64,000 bases of DNA, taken from contig NC_043009.1 of NCBI RefSeq assembly GCF_006345805.1, forward strand, positions 42,160,001 through 42,224,000. The letters are read 5' to 3'. The notes below the pieces were generated by a model. That model searched no databases. It was not told the origin of the DNA and saw nothing but the letters and a program-made list of their open reading frames with translations. Positions 40,145 to 51,057 of the stretch are shown here, in pieces (the stretch's first letter is position 1; each line of letters starts with the position of its first letter). The translations under genes were made by a program, and so were the position numbers. The DNA is from Octopus sinensis. Taxonomy: Eukaryota.

Positions 40145-40541
40145 CTCTTACTCTTTTACTCTTTTACTTGTTTCAGTCATTTGACTGCGGCCCATGTTTG
40201 AGCATCATCGCCTTTAGTCGAGCAAATCGACCCCATGACTTATTCTTTGTAAGCCTAGTACTAATTCTATCGGTCCCTTTTTGCCGAACCGCTAAGTTAC
40301 GGGGGCGAAGACACACCAGCATCGGTGTCAAGTCAAGCGATGTTGGGGGGGGGGGAACAAACACAGACACACAAACACACATACATATATACGATGGGCT
40401 TCTTTCAGTTTCCGTCTACCAAATCCACTCACAAGGCTTTGGTTAGCCCGAAGCTATAGTAGAAGACACTTACCCAAGGTACCACGCAGCGGGACTGAAC
40501 CCAGTGGTTGGTAAGCAAGCTACTTACCACACAGCCACTCC
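40145..40541 (-). mobile_element. SINE family B, full length
   Basis: Reverse complement of 3607-3999, including the tail. Confidence 0.9.
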
Positions 40542-40569
40542 ATAACTAGATTCATATATATATATATAT

Positions 40570-41023
40570 ATAATGTGATAATTAAAATTATATGCATACA
40601 TACAAACATATATGTACGTACCTACATCTACATGTATATATACATGCATATATAAATAAATATACGTAAGTACAGGACGCCACAACAAGACGTAGAAACG
40701 GAAAAAACAAAAATTTAACGACAAGTACAGGACAGGCTACACAAGGAAAAATCCAAAAAATTTTTACAACAAGAAAGCAAGTACAGGACAAGCTACACAA
40801 GGAAAAATCCACCGTCATCAGCTGTCGCTAGTTAACTCAGGCGTGTTTCGAAGGCAAGACAGGATACTCGTTAACTAGGCCTTCCTGCGAGAGAATTAAA
40901 ATAAAATTCCAAACAGCGGGGTAAAACGGGTATTTATTTATATATGCATGTATATATACATGTAGATGTAGGTACATACATATATGTTTGTATGTATGCA
41001 TATATTTTTAATTATCACATTAT
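40570..41023. mobile_element. (TA)n-associated element with inverted ends of about 93 bp
   Basis: 40570-40662 is the reverse complement of 40931-41023; the same family occurs at 9812 and 55385. Confidence 0.8.
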
Positions 41024-41091
41024 TGTCTGACAGCGCCCCGCGTCAGGTTCGTTTCGATTTGTCGGTTCGTTCCACTTCTTGTCTCCATTCA

Positions 41092-41131
<40 letters not shown>

Positions 41132-41437
41132 ATATCCTTCTATACATTGGATATACAGATATCACGAAACGGGGATAGATACAACTGTCTTCACACGACG
41201 TACTTTGAAATACTCCACTAAACACGATACTCCATTAAATACAAACTCTCAGCGATCTCAAAGACTTCCTACGACTTCCACGAACTCTCGACAACTCCTG
41301 CGACCTCTCTCTGCGTCTCAAACAATACGGTACTTTTCATAAGAGTTCGGCTAGTGCGTTCTTCCAATTCCACAGTAGTGTCAATGACTCTCGTCACAAC
41401 ATATATATATATATATATATAATATATATATATATAT

Positions 41438-41488
<51 letters not shown>

Positions 41489-43605
41489 AGATGAGAAAAT
41501 ATTAATCTAATAATATTATTATATATAATATAATCGAAATACTTAATTTGAACTCAGAACGTAACGGCAGACTAAATGCCGCTAAGCATTTCGCCCGGCG
41601 TGCTAGCGATTCTGCCAGCTCACCACCCTCAAACTCGGATATATATATATATATATAATGTAAGACAAGGTATAAATAATGGTCATTACATAATTTTTAA
41701 TTGCTGCAAATTTTGACTTACAGCTGTTTCCAGTGGTCACAATCGGTTCGTTATTGACAGGTTTATTCAATCAACCCATTGATCAATTGAGAAAAGTTGG
41801 ACGACCTAGAGAATTAGTGCTACATTCGTGAGAGTCATTTCTGGTCATAAGAAAGCAGAACACCGAAAGAATGGTACAGACATTGGGAAATAAGCGAAGC
41901 GAAGCAATAAGTATAAATATAGGATAGGCTACTTATAATATATATATATATACATACAGACATTTATATATGCATACGTCTATGCGTGTATAAAATGGAT
42001 ACACAGTGATATGTAAATAATTATATGTTACAGATTTAACTATAATTATATATGTAAATATGCACCTAAATATATTGTGAGACACATTGATATTCTGCAA
42101 GTAATTAGATAATTAAGTAAAATCATAAAAAGAAACCCAGACAAACAATAACTATATTAGGTTCTGAGGATCTTGTACTTTAGGTGTGCATTAAGAGTTG
42201 TCCATCAGCTTTATTACATCATCCTTCAGAGTCTGCTCATTTTTTACCATCTCTGACTCATCTCTATAGTCACCGTTTTCTTATTTATCTGTTTACCTAC
42301 CAATTCTTACTGATTTTGACACAAGGCATGTAATTTTAGGCTTAATTTGATAATATTGACGCCAGTATTATTTTAGTACAGATGGATAAAAAGTATTTTA
42401 GTACAGATGAATAAAAAAGCAAACTTGACTTCGATAGGAACTGAACTTAGAGCGTTAGAATTCGAAAGAAATGACACTAACCATTGTGTCCGACACGCTA
42501 GCGATTCTGCCAGCTCACTATGGATAACAATACAGACACACACACACACATACACACACACACACACACGCACACATAGGGGACGTTACGTATGAGTGGA
42601 TGTGGTGTGCAAACATATATATATATAGGCATGTATGTGCGTGTGTGGTTATATATGAGTGAATATGTGTCTGCTTCGGTATTATTTCTAAGTTTGTATA
42701 AAGGTAGACAATAATAGCGTTGAACAAGGCTTCTTATTCATTTTTACATTCTTTCTTCTTCCTTTTGTATTTTCTTTTTCTCTATTTTTCATATTTTATT
42801 CATTTATTCACTTATTTAACACGTATTCCTTATTCTTTTCGATTCCCTTTTTATTTGTATTCACTCGCTACATCATGAATCACGTTTGTAATATGGGACA
42901 GAAAATAGATATTTCTTGAAGAAAAAATATAATGCCTGCTCAACGGAGCAAATCTGAGTTTGTGAAAGACATAAAAGGAGGTAACACTAACAAAAACTTA
43001 GTCGTTGTTCCATGCAATGAAGCAAAGCTTTCGCACTTCAACAATACACATAGTTTGTTTTTCACAGTTAGTCGTTATAACCATACTGCAATGCTGACAT
43101 ACTAGACATAATATTACGCTAATTAATTTATAAATAGAATAGCTTGCTTCAGATATAATAGGATTTTTTTCCAAGCCCTAGATAAACTAAAGAACTTACC
43201 TTAATCGCTCTAAGGTTAATTGATAATAACGAAAAGAGAGGAAAATGTGACAGATTCAATTTACAGATATTTTAGAAGTACTATTATGAATTTCTTAAAT
43301 TTTTAAGATTCATTTTGATTTACGTTTAAGACAAATCGCTTTCCTTATTGGATCTTCATGTCATTTATATCCTTTATCTTTTGCGTGTTTCAATCATTAG
43401 ACTGCGGCCATAGTGGGGTACGGCCTTTTATTTTTTTAATCATTGTACTTATTCTGTTGGTCTCTTTTGCCCACCGGCTAGGTTATGGCGACACAGAGAC
43501 ATCAACAATGGTTTCAAGCGGTGGGGGTGAAAAAACACAGATATAAAGAAACACACCGACCCCCATCCCCGCCTATGTATACACACACACACACACACAC
43601 ACACA

Positions 43606-43675
<70 letters not shown>

Positions 43676-43949
43676 ATTATGAACGGTAAGATATCAAAAG
43701 AATGTTTATGAATTTGTGTTGAAAGACTCCTGATATGAAACCGCATGTTGAAACAGCTGTATTTCGGGATGGTTATTTTATTTTCAGTTATCGCCAAGCT
43801 AATATGGCAGTCCATAAATATAGGACGTAAGCTGCCGTTGATTAGCTCCAAGAGGCCATCGCATCTAGCTAGCTATATGACACACGAACCTGTGTCCATT
43901 ATAATCTTCGAACAGGGGAGGTCAGCCGCTTCCCACGCACTATATATTC

Positions 43950-44177
43950 ATTCTTCATTCGTTTATTGCTATTCTTATTTTAACTCATATCCATTGTCCG
44001 GAATTTTTCGTCACACATTTGTGGCCTCTTCAGCGACACTTTTCGTTGAGATTGGACTAAGTGGAGCAGGAGTACACACGAGGACGGAAAGTATTGCTGT
44101 AGAGATTACAAATGTGTGACGAAAGATTTCCGGACAATGGAAATAAGAATAGTAATAAACGAGTGCAGAACGAATAC
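43950..44177. repeat. Long imperfect hairpin (arms of about 90 bp, loop of about 33 nt)
   Basis: CCATTGTCCGGAATTTTTCGTCACACATTTGT against ACAAATGTGTGACGAAAGATTTCCGGACAATGG, extending on both sides. Confidence 0.88.
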
Positions 44178-44393
44178 ACACACACACACACATGTCGATC
44201 TTCTTTCAAGATCCGTCAACCAAATCCACTCACAAGGCTCTGGTCGGCCTGAAGACACTTGCAGAAGACACTTTCCCAAGATGCCATCCAATGGGACTGA
44301 ACACGGAACCATGTTGTTAGGAAGCAACAAGCTTCTTGCCACACAGCCACGCCTGCAGCTGTTATTGAAGTAATGTTGAATTAAATCCGCTTG

Positions 44394-44424
<31 letters not shown>

Positions 44425-46373
44425 ATATATATATTAACGTATGAACCTTTCTATCTAAGTATAAAAATGAAAATCAACTAAAATTAAAAATAGCCGTTTT
44501 AATGGCGCATACTTGAAATTTAGATTCTAAAGATATTTTAGTAGTGTCTCGTCTTGATTCATCAATTTTGGGTCAAGATATTGGTTGCGGGGCGGGGGCG
44601 TCAAAATATAGGGCACATCTTAAGAAACTTAATCTGATGGAGCCCATCAAGCACCAGTACTGACCACAGCCAATTTCTTTCCATAAATTGAAAATAAATC
44701 AATAGATTGATTGATAGACAGACAGATTGATAGAGAGAGAGAGAGGTGAAAGAGAGATAGGAAAAAGAAAGAGAGGGAAGAAACAGAGAGAGGGAGGAAA
44801 CAGAGAGAGGGCTTGAGAGAGAGAGAGAGAGACAGAGAGAGAGTAGAATCTACCCCATTATTGAACTGGTGCTTTATTTATTGACCTTTAAAGGAGCTTT
44901 TGGCTGATATTACAGAGAGCTGTAACGAATACCGCTGGGTATTTATTATCCTGTGCCATCTTCTAACGTCTCTAATATTTCAACGCCTTCAGAGCAGAGA
45001 TAATACAATAATAGATAAAACAAATTATGAAGTGGTGAAAAGAGAGTATTATCACAATTAATTATGTGGTAAAGTGCGGGTGACAGCTCTTGACATGCGA
45101 CTGTTTCAGTCTTATCAGACGTCATCAGTAAAGTTTTAGCCTTATAGCAATTCACTGTTGAAGTAGCAATGAATGAAATCCACTCATTCGTTACTTTATT
45201 TACCGTAGCCGTGAAGCACTTGTAGAAATACATTATTGCATTTTAGAATATTGATGTTAATTTTCAAATTGTCTGCTTCAGTTTAACCCTCGTAATTTCG
45301 GATTAATTTCTCTTATTTATTTATTTACTTATTTATTTATCTATTTATTTATTGCATCGTGTGCAATAAGTGTGTTTTAAAAAATACTAATTAATCTTAG
45401 CAAGTTTCGTATGATATTGTTCTAAGAAATATCTTTTGTGTTGGGTGTATTTTAAATTTTATTTGTGATCGTTTCAACGCACGCGCACACATATTGGTTG
45501 AAATTTATTTAATGAAAAATATGATTGATGCAAATTTTTCCATACATCAATCGATATTTTTAATTCATAACTTTCGTTTTGTACTATGTAGGCGCAAACG
45601 AATTTTGCTTACTTTAAATGTACCGACAAGATTAAGTGTAGGATTAAACAAAATGATTAAAATTTTTATGTATAATTAAATATGACAAAAAAATTATAAG
45701 ATGAATATAGAAAGGAGTTGGAAAAATTAAAAGCGTAACCGGAAACTATTACAATCACTGCCTGAGGAAAACACTTATGGTTTCATATAAAGCGAAACAA
45801 CACACAAATACACACACATATAACTATGTAATATGTGTCCTCTATGTACGTGTAAGCGAGTAACTATATACTTATATGCTTTCTCCAGTGATGAAACACT
45901 TCAAGTTAAGGCTCTGACGAAGCTGTACGATATTCTACTGACACACAATTCTGGATACATAGCTCCTTATACGCGTAGCTGTGTGGTAAGAAGCTTGCTT
46001 CTCAACCACATGATTCCGGGTTCAGTTTCACTACGTAGCACTTTGGACAATTATCTTCAGCCATAGACCCGGGTCGACCAAATTCTTGGGAGTGGAGTTG
46101 GTAGATGAAAACTTAAAGATCGACAGATATATAAATATATCTTTTACTTGTCTCTATCATTAGATAGCAGCCATACTGAGACACCACCTTCAGGAATTTC
46201 AATCGAGCGTATCGAACCCAGTACTTTTTTTTTTTACTTATTCTACTGGAATTTGTGCCGAACCGCTAAGTTACGGTACGTAAACATTAAAATCGGTTGT
46301 TGGACGGTGGTCGGAGACAAACAGACAAAATCATACACACGTATGATTAAACTCACTCATACAATCCCATATA

Positions 46374-47302
46374 TTGGGTCATCCCATAAACAATGCGGTT
46401 TTTTTTTATAGTTTCTTTTTTATTTTTCAAAATTAAGATAAACAAATTTCTTTTTTAATCTAAAATATACTCTCCTTCATTTTCTACAATGCTCTTCCAT
46501 CTTTCTGGTAGATTTTCAAGGCCTCTCTTCCAAAATCCACATATCTGTGACAAAAGATACTCCTCCACTACCGTTCTGACCTCTTCTACAGAATTCATAT
46601 TTTTTCCATCAAGATGATTTTGAAGACTGCGGAATAAATAACAATCAGTTGGGGCAATGCCTGGCGAATATGGTGGGTGGGACATCGTTTCCCATTCAAA
46701 CTGTTCCAGCCTTTGGAATGTCATCCTCGCTGTATGTGACCGAGAATTATCGTGATAGAAAAACACCTTTCGTCTTGAAACCAAAGACGGTCATTTTTCT
46801 TCAGGCGCAGATGTCGATGAATAGTTGAATGACCAAATCCAAGCTTCTCCGTCAGCTGCTCAACAGTTACGATGGGGTTTTATTCCATCAGGGTGTGCAG
46901 GACGTCCTCGTCGGGCGCTACAAATCTTGCAGGACGTGGCTTGTCTTCTAGGCTGAAGTTTCCGGATCGAAATTTCTGAAACTACCATTGACACTGGTTT
47001 ATGCTTATTGTCCGATCCCCTTATACTACATCAATATTCCTCGCACTTTCCGTTGCGTTGTTGCCTTTATTGAACTCATAAAGTAAAATATGCCGAATAT
47101 GCTCCTTTGTCACTTCCATTTTAGCTTTGAAAAAATAACTGTCAAAATCGAACTGCACTCTTCAAAACTTGCCCTAAGAATGAGCACAAGGTAAAATTAG
47201 CACCTGCTTTTATCGCAAGTTGATGAAAATAACTTATCCCGTCCGTCTCTGACTTTTAGTTCAAGCAATTGAAAAAACCGCATTATTTACGGGTTGATCC
47301 AA
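46374..47302 (-). mobile_element. Mariner transposon, internally deleted
   Basis: TIRs TTGGGTCATCCCATAAACAATGCGG / CCGCATTATTTACGGGTTGATCCAA with TA on both sides; ATG at 47119; HDNSRSH and HPPYSPGIAPTDCYLF motifs; the region with WVPH and the first catalytic D is missing. Confidence 0.93.
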
Positions 47303-48198
47303 TACATATCTCCATATAAATGCATGTGTTTCTCTGCATGAATGTGTATGTATATGTATGCACTCCTATATACATGTAGGTATGCATTCATGGATGTATA
47401 CATTTATAAATTGGCAAACATTGAACTGATAATTCTGTAAGAAAAAATGTTTAGGACTCATGTTTTGTCTTCGATTACAGAGATTTTACTGACTCTAATA
47501 CAGTCATTGGGAAAGCCATAAACAACACATAAACAACGCACATTTCTTATTCCAATGAATTTCATACAGATGTCTGTTCATTAAAGAAACTGGCTTTCTT
47601 ACTGCTTGATAAATATTTATCAATAGTGAATATTTATATATGTATATATGTGTGCATGTGTGTGTATGTATATATGTGTATATATATGTATGTATATATA
47701 TATATATATATATATATACATACATATATATATATATGTGTATGTATGTATGCATGTATGTATGTGTGTGTATGTATGTATGTATGTATGTATATGTATA
47801 TGTGTATGTGTGTGTGCGTGGGTGTAGAGAAAGAAAGAGATACATACATACACACATATATACATATATATATTAGTAAAATTATGTCATTTTTTTACAT
47901 TAGGTTTCTTATAACTTTTAGGGTCAAGGTTATTTGACTTTTTCCTTCTTTTTTCTTTCATAGTTTTAAGACTGCATGTAGTACTGAAATTGAATGTAAT
48001 AATTATCATTTAATGTGTATGCCTTTAGATGTGTGTGTGTATGTATGTATGTATGTATGTATGTATATATGTATGTATGTATGTATGTATGTACGTGTGT
48101 ATTTGTGTATAAAATGCAAGCTATAGGAAATATACTATTACATGTATACATTTGCTATATTATTAGCATTATCCTACGTTTGAGAATAAAATTATTCC

Positions 48199-48240
<42 letters not shown>

Positions 48241-48298
48241 GTGTGTGTGTGTGTGTATAAATGAAAGAATGGAGTCGAACGAAGATGTTAACAAAATT

Positions 48299-48391
48299 CC
48301 TTTACTCTCGACATATGTTTCGAAGACAACATGCTTTCATTCCAAAGGAATAAAGGGTGCATTATGCAATCTTCTCATCAGGAAAGAAAGG
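48299..48391 (-). ncRNA. Type I hammerhead ribozyme, intact copy in the inverted arm
   Basis: CCTTT-CTTTC-CTGATGA-GAAGA-(43 nt)-TCTTC-GAAA-CATATG-TC-GAGAG-T-AAAGG: all core nucleotides present, GUC cleavage site. Confidence 0.85.
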
Positions 48392-48699
48392 GAGCCTCTC
48401 TCGACAACAAGACAAACAAAAATTTCGATGACTGCCGACATGGTAAACAAAGCGATAATGAGTGTTTTTTAAAAAAACCGTTAGAAGAATTGACGTCAAA
48501 GATAGAGTTGCAAATGTTACAAATCTCCTGCCCTTATCAAAAGGAAAGGATACAGACAGTATGAACCAATCTAACTTGAAATTTATATTGTTGTCTTTAA
48601 GACGCCAAACTAATTTACTTAGCCCTGTACTATGTCGTTTTTTACTATCCCTGAATGTTGAATAATGGTTTGAAATTCTCTTGGATAACTGGGAAGTGG

Positions 48700-50260
48700 C
48701 CGACCAATTCCCGGACATCTGTGGAGTTCTTTATCGCGACGATTGTCTGCTTTACCTCCAAAACGTTTCGAACCAAAAAATACAGAAGGTTAAGAACAGA
48801 TTAGTTAGGTTTTTTAGTATAATTGGCTTGCGCATCGTTTTTGACGATGAATTGACTAAAGCCAACTTCTTAGACATTACCCTCAATTTGCAGAATAACT
48901 CATACTTCCCTTATCATAAACCTTCCACAAATCTTAAGTATATTAGCATTTTCAGTAATCATGCAAGGCCAATTACCGATAATTTAGTCAAAAACATATC
49001 TCTGAGACTGTCTAAATTATCTGCTAATGTCGACATCTTTAACCAAAAGGCAGACTTCTATAACGCCGCCTTGTTAAGAGCCGGTTATAAGGAGAAAGTG
49101 TCATACATAGATTCAGCTCATTCTAAACCAACATCTGCTTCTCCAGATAGAAAAGTTACTCGTAATAGGAATAATGATTTCAATTCTAATAGTGCCAGCA
49201 ACCCTGTACATAAAATAAATTCTTTACGGATTAGGGGAGGTAAGTGCCATTCAACCCCAAATTTCCTACCCAGAAATTTTCCCCTTACTATCACAAATAA
49301 CACTAAGAACAATTCAAAGGCCACAAAAAACTGTATCTGGTTCGTAATACCTTTCGGAAAACAAATTAAATCGAACCTTCCCTTACAGTTCCGTGAAGCC
49401 GTAGCTAGGAACTTTCCCAGAAATTTTAGATATCATTCTATTATCAATTCCCACATAGTCAGAATCGCTTTCTCTAACACTAGGAATCTTTCACAAATTA
49501 TATCTTCCCACAATACCAAGCTGCTAAACAAAGATTCTTCACCCGGGAGTTCCAACACTAATCTTGCTAATTCCAACCCATCATACAATCATAATAATAG
49601 GAATAGTATTAATAGTAACAGCATTGGTAGCAGCGAAAGTGTTAACAATGATAACATTAATAATAGTATTAGTCGAGTTAATAACAATGGTAGTGTTGAT
49701 GGTAACAACAATAACGGTATTATTGTCGGTGGTACACTGGTTGTATTACCATTAATAATACTAATAATAATAGAAATAGTGTAGTTGTTGGCGCTAATAA
49801 TAATTGTAGCAACAATCATAACAATAAAAACTTCGTTTCGATCTCGGAGGACAACCCCAACAGAATTAAATTTTTGTCTAGTAATACTAAGATTAAGAAT
49901 TCTATTTACCAGTGTAGAATTTCTTCCGGTACCGATGTCTTCTTCTATATAGGAGCGTCCACTTCCCAGTTATCCAAGATAATTTCAAACCATTATTCAA
50001 CATTCAGGGATAGTAAAAAACGACATAGTACAGGGCTAAGTAAATTAGTTTGGCGTCTTAAAGACAACAATATAAATTTCAAGTTAGATTGGTTCATACT
50101 GTCTGTATCCTTTCCTTTTGATAAGGGCAGGAGATTTGTAACATTTGCAACTCTGAACTCTTCCATATTCTCTTCTCTAAGGTTCCCCTAGTAAACACAC
50201 ACAGAAAAATCATACAAATGTAAACACTGGCAGAAACATACTTTCTACTCATATAAATGA
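48700..50260 (+). pseudogene. PLE RT/thumb - Asn-rich linker - GIY-YIG endonuclease, frameshifted
   Basis: LYRDDCL (48732), FLDITL, YHKPSTNLKYISIFSNH; NSIYQC...FYIGAS...NHYSTF...STGLSKLVWRLK; CNICNSE and CKH in shifted frames. Confidence 0.9.
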
Positions 50261-50533
50261 TAACGATAGTCACTGTGGTTTGAACAATTAGCTTTACGTC
50301 CACCCCACTTCAATAGCGAAATTCTTTCCTAAGCCTTCGAACATTCTTTCAATCAACGTACCCTTCCCTCTCCACTTGTTCCCTACCTATTATTCCTTTA
50401 ACCCTTCTCTTCTTACTATCTATCTTTGACGTCAATTCTTCTAAACTTTTTTTTAAAAAACACTCATTATCGCTTTGTTTACCATGTAGGCAGTCATCGA
50501 AATTTTTGTTTGTCTTGTTGTCGAGAGAGGCTC

Positions 50534-50624
50534 CCTTTCTTCCTGATGAGAAGATTGCATAATGCACCCTTTATTCCTTTGGAATGAAACATGTTGTCTT
50601 CGAAAACAATGTCGATAGTAAAGG
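50534..50624 (+). ncRNA. Type I hammerhead ribozyme, sense copy with small indels
   Basis: CTGATGA at 50543, stem II GAAGA/TCTTC, GAAAACAATGTC-GATAG. Confidence 0.7.
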
Positions 50625-50834
50625 AATTTTGTTAACATCTTCGTTCGACTCCATTCTTTCATTTATTCATATACAACACACAAATTTCTGCACATGAACA
50701 CGGAGTTTCTACTCTACCCTTGGACAGGTCGCTTCAACCGTGTTTCTGACGTGAATTTGCTACCCCCAGGTTTCGGTTAAACGAATTTTCCATGCTGACG
50801 ATAAACATAGGATAATTCATTCACCTATATATAT

Positions 50835-50922
<88 letters not shown>

Positions 50923-51021
50923 ATAATATATATATAATATATAGAATAGTATGTATATATATAGATAGTATAGATATATATGTATGTATATATATATAAT
51001 ATATAGTTATATAATATATAA

Positions 51022-51057
<36 letters not shown>

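Larger units (their letters stand above)
48257..50666 (+). mobile_element. 5'-truncated Penelope-like element with an inverted copy of its 3' region at the 5' end
   Basis: RT C-terminus, GIY-YIG domain and hammerhead; 48257-48699 is an inverted copy of 50419-50666 plus 49959-50154; flanked by TG/TA microsatellites. Confidence 0.92.

Noticed and set aside
41024-41401. Solo LTR (TGT...ACA)
   Set aside because: Weak terminal inverted match, and no TSD or second copy visible.
48681-48699. ORF start MDNWEV as the real PLE N-terminus
   Set aside because: These codons come from the inverted arm; the RT is truncated just upstream of YRDD.
50155-50418. Spliced intron explaining the skip in the PLE inverted arm
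   Set aside because: On the minus strand a CAG acceptor fits, but the GTAAG donor is 3 nt off the junction and antisense to the ORF; microhomology explains it more simply.
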